IMG/VR virus record: IMGVR_UViG_3300036985_001643
Location: 15,280 to 79,279 of that record
Reading direction: 5' to 3' (one strand)
Origin: a virus
Length of the DNA: 64,000 nt
Every line of letters starts with the position of its first letter. Position 1 is the first letter of the stretch. The notes beneath the pieces are model-generated. The model was not told where the DNA came from and made no database searches. It was given only the letters and a program-made list of their open reading frames with translations. A program made the position numbers and the translations under genes. Positions 39,601 to 48,891 of the stretch are shown here, piece by piece.

Positions 39601-42600
39601 TTTGGAGATTACTTATCAAATACTTCTTTTAATTACCTTGATACTTTCTTAGGTAATTTAAGCCCTGAAGGACAGTTAATGTATAACAATCCTTCTAGTT
39701 TTATGAGACAATACTTCCAAAATAATGCTGATAAAGCTAAAAAGGTATCGTTGTCTGACTTACAAGGTAAAATATCAGCTGTTCCTGAAGGATACTTTAC
39801 ACTAAACGAAGAAGCTCTAAAGGACAATATAGTAGAGATTACGGATCCTTACACAGGTGAACCAACTACTACACAGACTAAGTTCTTATCTATCTATGAT
39901 AGTAAAGTACCAGGTAAGTATGCATTATTCGAGTTTGACGCTGTAGATAGATTGTACCGTAGAATACCTACTTTACAAGGTTCTTTCGGTTTTGTATCGT
40001 ATAACTCACAAGTTGGTACACCGTTACCTATTGAAAAAGCTAACAGAACTGTTAAACAAGAAGGTAACCAAGAAATACCAGGTTATACTTTACCTCATAC
40101 ACCTACTACTCCTACAAAGTCTTTTGATGTAAACGTGGTTAACAATACTGTTAAACCAGTAACTGCTAATACTTTACCTATTTCAAAAACATTGTCTGGT
40201 ACTAAAGAAGCACTAGACGATTTAATTAATAATATACAATTTGAAGACGGAGTATCTAGTTTAAACAGACAGTTGTTAAGTTCTTTAAGAGATTTACAAT
40301 TACCTGATAACTTTAAAGTAGTGTATGATGATACTTTAAGTAGTAGAGGAGGTTATAGTTATGACAAACAAATATTGTTTATTAACTTAAAACATGAAGC
40401 TAATCAAAATATTGACGGTTTAGCTACCGCTGTTGCTCACGAATTAATACATGCTTTAACAAGTGAGGCTATTTATGAATACCAAAAAGGTGATTTAAGT
40501 AAGTTAACAGCTGACCAAATTAAAGCTATTGAGTCTTTAAAAGCTTTACAAGATAAGTATATTGATCATTTAAAAACTAAAGGTGAAGCAGGTGCTTTAC
40601 AAGCATTTAAAGATAAATATGAAGCTTGGGTAGCACGAGGTAAAACAGGAAAAGTAGGAGTTTCTGCAGAAGATATTTCTAAGTTTTATGCAGGTATTAA
40701 ACTATCAGAGTTTGTTACTATGACTCTTAGTGATCCAGGTTTTCAACAACATCTAGCTTCTGTTATCGATGAGTCAGGAAAATCTCTTTGGGAACAAATT
40801 AAAGAAGTTTTAGGAGAATTGTTAAATACTTTAGGTTTAGATATTAAACCAGGTTCTGCTTTAGCATCTGCTGTAAAAAGCTCTATGGATTTAATTACTG
40901 CTAACCAACAAGCAATGGGTACTAAATTATTTGTTACTAAAATTGATCAATTTAACTACTCTTACGATGCTGTTAATAACGTTGTTATCCACAATGCTAA
41001 AACAGGTGATAAAGTAGAAACTAACGATACACAAATTAATAAGGTATTAGTACAATATGCATTAGCTAATAATAAGGAACAACGTGTGTTTAATGGTTCT
41101 ACTTATGTTGCTATTGCTGATAGAATATTAAACATTAAAAACGCTAACGAAGTAAGTCTAGAAACTTGGGAGTCTGCTAAATCTACTAAGCCATCTACTA
41201 GTATTAAACCTACAATAGATACATCAAGAGAATGGAAAGGTGATTTAGAATCAAGACCTGTCTATACTTCTGAAGGAGTTAATACTATGAGAACTACTTC
41301 TGCTAAAGCTGATGAACATTTTGGTAATCCGTTTAGTGAAGCAGGCTATGGTAATACTATAAAAGTAGCTAGCATAGGTGCGGCTGTCAGAATGTATAAG
41401 GATTGGTTATTAAACAATGCTGTAACTGAATCAGAAATTGTAAAAGGAAATGTTAGTGACTTAGCTAAATTTGATAACCAAAGAGCTTGGATACTTAATC
41501 AAATTAATCAAGGTAAACTTGATGGAGCTACATTGCTTTATGCTGGTAAATCTGAAGCAAGAGGTCAAGGTATGCACCCTACAGCATTAGCTGAAGTAGT
41601 AGAACAATTAAGAAGTAAATCAACTCAACCATCTACTCAACAACAAACTCCAGTAAGTGAAGTTAAAGAAGGTGTGCAAGAAATATTTGAATCTAATCCT
41701 GAATTAGCTAATATAGGTACACCTGAACAATACTCTCAATATCTTGATACTATATTTCCTGATAGTAAAGTAAAAGATATTCTTTATCATGGTACAGCTT
41801 CTCCTAACACTATTGAGAAATTACAACCTCAAAATGATAGAATATACTTTAGTGATAATCTTACAGCTGCAAGATATGCTAGTTGGGATCAAGATAATAG
41901 AGTACAATTTGAACCAGGTTCTCAAACAAAGTTACAAGTAATACCTGCTATTATAAATTTAACAAATCCTGTAAAATTATCAGACGTTAACTTTAAAGAA
42001 ACAGAGACTAATAAAGAAGGAGACGGTATTATTGGTACTAATATAGAAGATCCATTAGGAGGTAGAGAAAATCAAATAGTAGTAAGAAATGCTGATCAAG
42101 TTTATGAATTAGGTACTAAACAAGATTTAGAAGGATTTAAAAAGTTTATTGCTAAAGATACTAAATACGAACTATTCCCAGGTGTATATGCTAATCAAGG
42201 TCAAACAGAAGCTTTAGATAAGTTAACAGATTTCTTAAGCTCTGATAAACAAGCATTCTTACTACAAGGAAAAGGTGGTACAGGTAAAACTACTATTATT
42301 AAAAAGATTGTTAAAGAAGCTCAAGCTCAAGGTAACAGTGTATTAGCAATTGCTCCTACTCATAAAGCTAAAAAAGTATTAGCTAAATCATTAAACGATC
42401 CAGGTATTAAGTCTACTACTTTAGCAGCTGCTTTAGCTATTAAACTTGATGAAACTACAGGTAAATTTACACCTGATGAGTTTGCTAGAAAAATGGATAA
42501 AGTTCCTATTACAAAAACATCTTTAGTAATTATTGATGAGTCTTCTATGATTTCTGATAAACTATTAGAAGAGATTAAAGAGTTACTACCTAAAGGTACT

Positions 42601-43752
42601 AAGATTATTTTTATGGGAGATAAGGCACAGTTACCTCCTGTAGGTCAAGAGAAAGACAGTGCTGTATTTGATGTTAAAAATAACTATACATTAACAGAGA
42701 AAATGCGTCAAGCTGCTACTTCTCCTATTATTAATATAGGAACTAAAGTAGCACAAAACGTAGAAACTACTGGACAAAGAGTTGCTAATCCTATTACAAA
42801 AGAAGATAGAGTAAATGCATTTGATGAAGTAAGTGGTTCTTCTATAATTTGGGAGGACAGTGAAAACAAAGCTTTGGATACCTTTGTAGAAGATATAAAA
42901 AATGCTAATGGTAATGTTGATTTTGCAAAAGTTATTACTTTTAATAATCAAAACCACAATAGTCCTCAATCTGTAAAAAGTTTAAATACTAAGATTAGAT
43001 TAAAATTATACGGAGAACAAGCAAATCAACAACAATTTATACCAGGTGAGATATTAACAGCGTACGATACTTTTGGAGGTGAAGATATTTTATTTTACAA
43101 TAGTGAAGATCTTATAGTAAAAGAAGCTACTGAGCCAGCAAGAAAAACAATTTCTGTAAATGTTACTTCAAGACAACAAGGTAATCGTTCTAAAAGTTTT
43201 GAGTTTAATATAATAAATCTTACTCTTAAAAACGAAGAAGGTAAAGATATAACAGTTCCTATTATTGCTGAATCAAGTAAGGAAGAGTATCAAAGAACGT
43301 TAAGTCAATTGTTTAAAACAGATAAACAAATGGGTTATGCTTTAAGTAGTAAATTTGGTAATTTAGAGTATGGATACGCTATCACTTCTCATAAAGCCCA
43401 AGGATCTACGTATACTAATGTTTACGTGATGGAAGACAATATTATGGGTAGTTCTAACGGAGGTTCTATGAAGGCTAAAAGTCAATCATTATACGTAGCT
43501 GTTTCTAGACCTACTACTAAGTTGGTAATGGTTAGTCAAAAAAACAACCAAAATATCACAGAGGGTACTTTTAGTATGAGTAACTTAGGAGATATCGATT
43601 TAGGTAATTATACAGATAAAGATAATGCTTATAACAACGATGATTACGAAGCTTATTCTAGAGAAATGTATAACAATGACCAAGATCAATTGTTAGCAGA
43701 ATCTCCAATAAGTAGAGATAGATTAGAAAATTATTTGTTACTTTGTAAATAA
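36655..43752 (+). CDS. Virion RNA polymerase catalytic half fused to zincin, DUF4326-like, ADP-ribosyltransferase-like and Dda/RecD-like SF1B helicase domains
   Basis: GFRIPTQ and GSDFDVDK (DxDxD, 37486-37500); HELIH (40438); GNPF (41323); YHGT..IYFS..NQIVV (41785 on); GKGGTGKT, IIDESSM, GDKAQLPPV, HKAQGST, LYVAVSR. Confidence 0.85.
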   Translation: MACQYFVNGEWISEEQFKEVLNNGLLDNLVANGTVKEEGFPVDNTKLLKTETVTTTKTTVPVEKLAAILAKEVSTRSGYPLNMLSALELKEDKSDFKIPLWASPYASKFESLLTSLVSNKVVKQKFAGTSSVLGSEEGFRIKQGDEAAGSLKDSSIVFSDNFDPEKGLQPMRVDPKTGKILPAQIMLPFKFRDESGNILFINDFLKLDSSGRPLRTPDGRVTIDDSKLPAKLRQLFGFRIPTQERNSMAAVEIVGFLPEAMGDLVLAPRDFTKQMGSDFDVDKLYSYLYNHFYKDGKLYTNFPSDKKTIKKLTDAAKEHLATLKSSLKLNSAEQALLNAYIDNKLEKNDDNDQDELLTKATTLIARLTNSPIMEEIENVTNDLSIYNRAYKASRQNKILDIHLSVMLSNNPEVIKSIIALDSFGDFEQLAQDLYKVRSERGLIPPITTILSDTYQRTKYINATAGKTGVGSFSLDSTFNASAQGKELTIINMDDETQTNVFGTPIEPKNPTAAEVLEANMTVAAFGTNVSKGDLSDKYTLRSRNLINKAKEEGRELTEEEKDSLKMKSTIIRSLQSTAVDNEKAQILDKLNINDQTMDAVRALTILGFEEKEIVGLITQEIIWEFTAALKDNGSSLTPFQANAAETLFIDLVKKYDPEGKLAELKPYELEALQSATSESLMSDINTQTLQELSVGPTPDANLRQLAALAKFLKLTQIGKDIKTLQSTINTDSKGVPKSLVETDAKVKQIERLAASNIFNATKLLGEYEGSKLVTPTTLNGFASKYGTMFADTIYKQYFPYHTTGFKVLVDELLQYIPKGKNASLTKQAELQLELMDAVKSFLYGNANTNLFTENPDSERARLFIDTKTNKSLATILQSVSEEKWYTSNGFLNKLSLDQQKNGQVSRVNFESASGENLDERDIYDGFNYLLSKNFPIGTFNGIDYTSRMLAQDLVASAFLEGGQQGSKQYLKYVPTAYLKTIGFGDYLSNTSFNYLDTFLGNLSPEGQLMYNNPSSFMRQYFQNNADKAKKVSLSDLQGKISAVPEGYFTLNEEALKDNIVEITDPYTGEPTTTQTKFLSIYDSKVPGKYALFEFDAVDRLYRRIPTLQGSFGFVSYNSQVGTPLPIEKANRTVKQEGNQEIPGYTLPHTPTTPTKSFDVNVVNNTVKPVTANTLPISKTLSGTKEALDDLINNIQFEDGVSSLNRQLLSSLRDLQLPDNFKVVYDDTLSSRGGYSYDKQILFINLKHEANQNIDGLATAVAHELIHALTSEAIYEYQKGDLSKLTADQIKAIESLKALQDKYIDHLKTKGEAGALQAFKDKYEAWVARGKTGKVGVSAEDISKFYAGIKLSEFVTMTLSDPGFQQHLASVIDESGKSLWEQIKEVLGELLNTLGLDIKPGSALASAVKSSMDLITANQQAMGTKLFVTKIDQFNYSYDAVNNVVIHNAKTGDKVETNDTQINKVLVQYALANNKEQRVFNGSTYVAIADRILNIKNANEVSLETWESAKSTKPSTSIKPTIDTSREWKGDLESRPVYTSEGVNTMRTTSAKADEHFGNPFSEAGYGNTIKVASIGAAVRMYKDWLLNNAVTESEIVKGNVSDLAKFDNQRAWILNQINQGKLDGATLLYAGKSEARGQGMHPTALAEVVEQLRSKSTQPSTQQQTPVSEVKEGVQEIFESNPELANIGTPEQYSQYLDTIFPDSKVKDILYHGTASPNTIEKLQPQNDRIYFSDNLTAARYASWDQDNRVQFEPGSQTKLQVIPAIINLTNPVKLSDVNFKETETNKEGDGIIGTNIEDPLGGRENQIVVRNADQVYELGTKQDLEGFKKFIAKDTKYELFPGVYANQGQTEALDKLTDFLSSDKQAFLLQGKGGTGKTTIIKKIVKEAQAQGNSVLAIAPTHKAKKVLAKSLNDPGIKSTTLAAALAIKLDETTGKFTPDEFARKMDKVPITKTSLVIIDESSMISDKLLEEIKELLPKGTKIIFMGDKAQLPPVGQEKDSAVFDVKNNYTLTEKMRQAATSPIINIGTKVAQNVETTGQRVANPITKEDRVNAFDEVSGSSIIWEDSENKALDTFVEDIKNANGNVDFAKVITFNNQNHNSPQSVKSLNTKIRLKLYGEQANQQQFIPGEILTAYDTFGGEDILFYNSEDLIVKEATEPARKTISVNVTSRQQGNRSKSFEFNIINLTLKNEEGKDITVPIIAESSKEEYQRTLSQLFKTDKQMGYALSSKFGNLEYGYAITSHKAQGSTYTNVYVMEDNIMGSSNGGSMKAKSQSLYVAVSRPTTKLVMVSQKNNQNITEGTFSMSNLGDIDLGNYTDKDNAYNNDDYEAYSREMYNNDQDQLLAESPISRDRLENYLLLCK

Positions 43753-43762
43753 AGAAGACAGT

Positions 43763-46700
43763 ATGAGTGCAGCAACATGTATCAATAAAAATACCCCAGA
43801 GTATAAAGCATTGCTAAGTCAAGTAGGAAGCGAAAGACTAGCAGTGTTAGCTATATTAAACAATGGTTACGAAGTACCAGATGTACGACCTATTACAGAG
43901 ATTAAGAATGCTATCAAGTTTAAATCTGAGGTAGAAAACTTTGCAGGTATTGCTGCTAACTTAAGAAGATATAATACTAAAAATAATACTTCCCACTACT
44001 TTACTTTTACTAAAGCTTTTGGTAATACGTTTAAACTAGAGTTGAAGTATAACTACTTACCTGTTGACTTAGAAAGACAACGTCAGCGTAAAGCTAGACA
44101 AGGTGATCCTATGTATATGGTGGTAGGGTTTAATCAACAAGGTTTTAACCAAGTGTATCCTAACAATAATAGACAAAGTAACCTTTTTGAAGGAGCTATT
44201 ACAGGTAAAGAAACACCTACTACATCTACTTCTACTATAGAGGAAGAAAGAGATTTAGGTTTTTACAATGGTGATGCTGCATTACTAGAACAAGAATCTA
44301 GAGACATGGATTTCTTAATAGAAGGTTCAGGAAAGAAAGTAGTTGACTTAGAAAAACGTAGAGAAAGAAAGATTAATGACGAGATTATTAAGCAACGTCA
44401 GTTACTAAAAAATGTAACAGATGCTGATTCTCTACGTTCGATTATTAATAAGATTGAGGGACTAAGAAAACAATTAGACCAAGCTGAAGGAAGAGTAGTT
44501 GTAGCACAAAACATTAATGCGTTTGAGGACGTATTACAATTTGGTAATTCTCAAGTTAATGAGATACAAAAATTACTTAGCAATCCTGCAGTTAGTTACG
44601 AAGATGTTTATTATGCTCAAAAAGTATTAAACCTTTGGTTAAAAGCAGGTGACTTCTCAACACCAAGTGAGGAACATATTTTCCTAGACGAATACGAGTT
44701 TAATACTCCAGAAATACGTAGTGCTTTTAGAGAGATAGCTTCTAAAGCATCGGACTTACAAAGTCACTTAACAACACTTAAAACTAACTATGTATCTAAC
44801 TTTGTTAGACAGTACACAGATGGTAAATTAAGTAAAGAAGAAATCTTTAAGCATTTAAAACAAGTTGGTAAAATAGGTACTACTACCTTAAACTTATCTC
44901 GTCACGATGACGCAATGTTACAAGCTATCTTCTCTGCGGTAGAACAAGCAAATATGAATGCTAAGTTAGAAGCAGGAGAAGTATGGGAAAAACTAGATGT
45001 ATTATCTAAAGCTTTCTTAAAGAAATCAGGAGGTAATTTTGATATACTTAAACAAGTAGACGAGAACGGTTTAGAAACAGGTAGAGCAGTATCTAGATTT
45101 GCTACTAGTTTCTACGAGACTAGAAACCAATTGATGAAGAATGCTTTCTGGTCCAGAGACGCTGTTACGGGTAAGTTAAAAAAAAATGATGCCGGTGTAA
45201 AAGCTTATTATGATTGGATTAATAAGAATACAGCATCTTTTGATCCTAGAATATTGCTCCCTGATAGTAACCTAGAAGACGGAGTTATTCCTGAAAGTGC
45301 ACTATATAAGAGAGTTAAGTTTGACGAAGGTTCTAGACAAAAACATATTGCCGAATTAAAGTCTCACTTAGGAGAAAAAGGTTACGAGTACTACATTAAA
45401 AGAGTAGAAGCTAAGATAGAGAAGTTTAAGATTCGTAGAGAAGTAGCTTATTCTTCTATTCAATTAGAAGAAGGACTATCTCAACAAGAGAAAGACAGTT
45501 TGTTTGATACTTGGCAAAAAGAACATTCTCCTTATTGGGGTATGGATATGGCAGAAAACCCTGTTAGTAGAAGAAAAGGTAAAGATTCTTTCTATTCTCC
45601 TAAAGGTATTAGAGAATACGTAGAACAAGTTCCTAAGAAAACTGTAGACGGTGTTACTACTAAGTGGTACGATCAAAACTTTGCTAAGATAGAAGCTGAC
45701 GAAGATTTATTAGCTTACCATTCTTTCATGATGGAAACGTTAAATACCTTACGCTATACTCTTCCTCAACAGAAACAAGCATTATTAGGAGTAGGTGTAT
45801 TACCTACTATCCAAAAAAGCTTAATGGATATCTTTCAGGAAAAAGGAGTAATGATGGGTATAGTTCCTTTTTGGGACAAAATGAAACAGTTGCAAACTAC
45901 TACAGATTTTGCTACTACTGTACACTCTGACGTTGATTCTTTTACAGGTGATATTGAAAAAAATATTCAACTACAATTTATCGAAGATACTAGTGCTAAA
46001 GTTCGAGAAATAGTAAAAGAAAAAACTATAGCTCATAAACAAGCAACTGGGAAACCAGCTACTACAGCAGAGATAAACCAATTTACTGCTGAAGCTAGAG
46101 ACTTCTTATCAAAAAATAAGTCTTGGGATATCACTAAGATCTTAAAAGCATACTCTTTAACAGTATTGGCCCACAAACACAAATCTTTTATAGAACCTCA
46201 AATACGTCTTGCTGAACAAGCGTTTAAGAGTCGTAAACAATTGGTTACCAATAAAGCAGGTGAAGTACAGAAGGATGTTCAAGGTAACGTATTAGTACAA
46301 GAAGGTAACGATAACCTTAAATCTGCATTAGAGTTTTTCCTAGATTCTGAATATTGGGGTGTAGGAGGACGTAAAGTAGAAGGTGTTACTAAAACTAAGT
46401 TATACACTAAAGAAGAAACTGCCCACAAGAAAGAGTTAGAAGCTTTACTTGCTGAAGCTACTACAGATGAGGATAAACAATTCCTACAAGATCGTATTGA
46501 TTCTCTAGGAGGTTTCCGTACTATGAGTGGTGTAGGAGATGCAGCTTTAAAGTATATGACACTTAAAGGTTTAGGGTGGAACTTTTTCTCAGCATTTTCT
46601 AATATTGGTTTTGGTGCTATTTCTAATATTATCCAAGCTTCGGACGGTAGAGAATACTCAGCTAAACACTTAAGAGACGCTTATTTACTTGTTACTAATT

Positions 46701-47902
46701 CTATAGGTAGAAACGCTTCCTTCAATACTTGGGAAGGTGTTAACGGTAATGCTTTAAAAATTAGAAAATTAATGGACAAGTGGGATTTATTACAGACATC
46801 CAACAAAGAGATGTTTGATACATCTAACAAGTCATCAATGAGTAAGTTAAACAGGTTTGGTCCTTTTACCTTACAAGAACGTTCAGAGTACTTAAATATT
46901 GCTCCTGTAATGGTAGCAATAATGATGGAGTTCCCTGCTACTAACCCTGATGGTAAAGCTACTACAATGTGGGAAGCTTACGACATGTCTACTGGATCTT
47001 TAAAAGAAGGATACACTACTACTACCGATGAGGTAAAGATGTTCCAAAAGATTAAACGTGTAGTAGAAATGAATCATGGTGATTACAATAATGCACTACA
47101 AGTTAAAGCTACTATAGGTGGTAGAGCTCTTTCACAATTTCGTACTTGGATGTTTGAAGGTTTTGCTAACAGATTTGAAGCAGAAAAAGTAGATTACGCA
47201 TTATCTTACGGATTAGACGAAGCTTATGTACGTAAAGGTAGATACAAAAGTTATACTAAAGGGCAACTTAATGTAACAGGTGCTGCAATAGGTACTATGA
47301 TTCTTCCAGGTATCGGAACAGCTGTAGGTGCAGGTGCAGGTTATCTGGCGGGTAAATTTTTTGGCATGCAGACTGAAGAGTCAGCAATGGGGGATACTTT
47401 GTACACTCTTAAACATTTAGCTCGTAAGTTAATGTTTAGTAAGAGTAGAAGTACAGATTTTAACGAAAAGTTTTCTAAAGTAGATGCAGCCAACATGCGT
47501 AAAAACATGACCGAATTATACATAATTTTAGGTCTTATGGGGCTTGCTTTAATGTTAAAAGCTTTAGCCGGAGGAGACGATGAAGAAGAAGATGCATCAT
47601 TCGCTACTAACTTCTTATTAAACCAAACTATTCGTCTACGTACAGATATTGGGTTCTATACTAACCCTTTAGAGTTTGAGAAACTTACTAAAACAGCTGT
47701 ACCAATGGCTCAATTAGTATCTGATGTTACTCAAGTTATGAGTGACATAGGAACACACTTAAACGATAAAAAAGATGACGAAGTATTTAATTCAGGATCT
47801 TTTAAAGGTGTCCCAAAATGGTTAATACATACAGGACAATTACTTCCTGGACCTGCTCAAGGTATACGTTTGTATAAAACAGGTGACAAAGTAATAGATT
47901 AA
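43763..47902 (+). CDS. Virion cargo/ejection protein (last large cargo gene)
   Basis: 1379 aa, helical, C-terminal hydrophobic segments and QFRTWM motif; synteny after RNAP. Confidence 0.6.
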   Translation: MSAATCINKNTPEYKALLSQVGSERLAVLAILNNGYEVPDVRPITEIKNAIKFKSEVENFAGIAANLRRYNTKNNTSHYFTFTKAFGNTFKLELKYNYLPVDLERQRQRKARQGDPMYMVVGFNQQGFNQVYPNNNRQSNLFEGAITGKETPTTSTSTIEEERDLGFYNGDAALLEQESRDMDFLIEGSGKKVVDLEKRRERKINDEIIKQRQLLKNVTDADSLRSIINKIEGLRKQLDQAEGRVVVAQNINAFEDVLQFGNSQVNEIQKLLSNPAVSYEDVYYAQKVLNLWLKAGDFSTPSEEHIFLDEYEFNTPEIRSAFREIASKASDLQSHLTTLKTNYVSNFVRQYTDGKLSKEEIFKHLKQVGKIGTTTLNLSRHDDAMLQAIFSAVEQANMNAKLEAGEVWEKLDVLSKAFLKKSGGNFDILKQVDENGLETGRAVSRFATSFYETRNQLMKNAFWSRDAVTGKLKKNDAGVKAYYDWINKNTASFDPRILLPDSNLEDGVIPESALYKRVKFDEGSRQKHIAELKSHLGEKGYEYYIKRVEAKIEKFKIRREVAYSSIQLEEGLSQQEKDSLFDTWQKEHSPYWGMDMAENPVSRRKGKDSFYSPKGIREYVEQVPKKTVDGVTTKWYDQNFAKIEADEDLLAYHSFMMETLNTLRYTLPQQKQALLGVGVLPTIQKSLMDIFQEKGVMMGIVPFWDKMKQLQTTTDFATTVHSDVDSFTGDIEKNIQLQFIEDTSAKVREIVKEKTIAHKQATGKPATTAEINQFTAEARDFLSKNKSWDITKILKAYSLTVLAHKHKSFIEPQIRLAEQAFKSRKQLVTNKAGEVQKDVQGNVLVQEGNDNLKSALEFFLDSEYWGVGGRKVEGVTKTKLYTKEETAHKKELEALLAEATTDEDKQFLQDRIDSLGGFRTMSGVGDAALKYMTLKGLGWNFFSAFSNIGFGAISNIIQASDGREYSAKHLRDAYLLVTNSIGRNASFNTWEGVNGNALKIRKLMDKWDLLQTSNKEMFDTSNKSSMSKLNRFGPFTLQERSEYLNIAPVMVAIMMEFPATNPDGKATTMWEAYDMSTGSLKEGYTTTTDEVKMFQKIKRVVEMNHGDYNNALQVKATIGGRALSQFRTWMFEGFANRFEAEKVDYALSYGLDEAYVRKGRYKSYTKGQLNVTGAAIGTMILPGIGTAVGAGAGYLAGKFFGMQTEESAMGDTLYTLKHLARKLMFSKSRSTDFNEKFSKVDAANMRKNMTELYIILGLMGLALMLKALAGGDDEEEDASFATNFLLNQTIRLRTDIGFYTNPLEFEKLTKTAVPMAQLVSDVTQVMSDIGTHLNDKKDDEVFNSGSFKGVPKWLIHTGQLLPGPAQGIRLYKTGDKVID

Positions 47903-47911
47903 TATCAATAT

Positions 47912-47961
47912 ACCCCCTCGGCTTCCCGTTAGAACAGCTCGCTTAGAGGGGGTTTTCTTTT
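47912..47961 (+). terminator. Intrinsic terminator at the convergence of the two arms
   Basis: ACCCCCTC (47912-47919) pairs with GAGGGGGT (47946-47953) and is followed by a T-run; unusually long 26-nt loop. Confidence 0.65.
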
Positions 47962-48140
47962 TAATTTAGTAAGTCTTCACAAGCATTTACAAAATGATAG
48001 TACTCGTTACTAGGACTTTCTCCACATTCTATTTCGTCCAACATCAATTGGAAAAAATCTTCTACATCATCCTTTGTATGAGGATGTTTGACTATAAAGT
48101 CTTTCTTGAAGTTAATAGCTTCTGTTAATACTTCTTTCAT
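47961..48140 (-). CDS. Hypothetical protein (59 aa)
   Basis: ATG at 48140 (MKEVLTEA...) follows the upstream stop; the ORF-track start at 48158 lies inside the upstream gene. Confidence 0.55.
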   Translation of the reverse strand: MKEVLTEAINFKKDFIVKHPHTKDDVEDFFQLMLDEIECGESPSNEYYHFVNACEDLLN

Positions 48141-48141
48141 A

Positions 48142-48246
48142 TTAAATAAGTTTACCACAGCGTGTACATGCTGTTACATTATGGTTTACAATTATTGCGT
48201 CACAGTAATAACAACGCATTACTGCTTGATATCTATAAGTCTTCAT
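48142..48246 (-). CDS. Tiny zinc-ribbon protein (34 aa), not in the ORF track
   Basis: MKTYRYQAVMRCYYCDAIIVNHNVTACTRCGKLI*; ATGA overlap with the upstream stop; two CxxC motifs. Confidence 0.7.
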   Translation of the reverse strand: MKTYRYQAVMRCYYCDAIIVNHNVTACTRCGKLI

Positions 48247-48494
48247 AGTACTATTTTATCAAGTTTATACTTTAATACTTTGTAAGCAGCTTTCAATGCT
48301 GCAGATTCTTTAGTACCATCAATAGTAGTATCTTTTGCAGGTGTGTGTTTTCGATTTGCTCTTTCATCGTAAAACTTCATTCTTTCATTATAATACGATA
48401 AGTGTAGTTTAGTTTTAGTATGGTAATCAGTAAGAACTTCCATAAAACTAATAACCTCTTGTTCTATCTTTTTAACTTTGTGTAGACTCTGCAT
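48243..48494 (-). CDS. Hypothetical protein
   Basis: 83-aa ORF in a tightly packed - strand operon. Confidence 0.5.
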   Translation of the reverse strand: MQSLHKVKKIEQEVISFMEVLTDYHTKTKLHLSYYNERMKFYDERANRKHTPAKDTTIDGTKESAALKAAYKVLKYKLDKIVL

Positions 48495-48891
48495 CTTGTT
48501 GTTTCATTTTAGTTACTACATTCTTTACCTGTCTTTCCGTCAACTCTGTTACCACACATCTTCCAAGATCGTATTTATCTCTTACTAACTTAGTAATCAA
48601 GTGTAAAGCATTACCATCACCTGTTGCTATTTGTTTCCCAATTTGAGCAATAGCAAAAGACATGTTAGCAGCAACTACCTCATCAACTTTCCAAATCTTG
48701 TCTCGATTCTTTGCGTTCTTTAGTGTAGCCATGTTGATGGCCTCACGTACTTTTTCTTTAACTTTCCCTTGCATAAAAGGAGTGTTCTCTAATTCTAAAG
48801 AACACTCCAATAATACTTGCAAAGCTGATAACATTATAATATAAGTAACTGCTTCCGGAGAAGCTTTACCTGTTTGTTTTTCTTTGCTCAT
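48472..48891 (-). CDS. Hypothetical protein
   Basis: 139-aa ORF, ATGA overlap. Confidence 0.55.
   Translation of the reverse strand: MSKEKQTGKASPEAVTYIIMLSALQVLLECSLELENTPFMQGKVKEKVREAINMATLKNAKNRDKIWKVDEVVAANMSFAIAQIGKQIATGDGNALHLITKLVRDKYDLGRCVVTELTERQVKNVVTKMKQQDAESTQS

Noticed and set aside
48155-48225. Apparent pseudoknot and palindrome (cagtaat/attactg, tgcgt/acgca, acagc/gctgt) suggesting an ncRNA
   Set aside because: The interval is fully explained by a coupled 34-aa CxxC-CxxC ORF; short pairings are expected by chance
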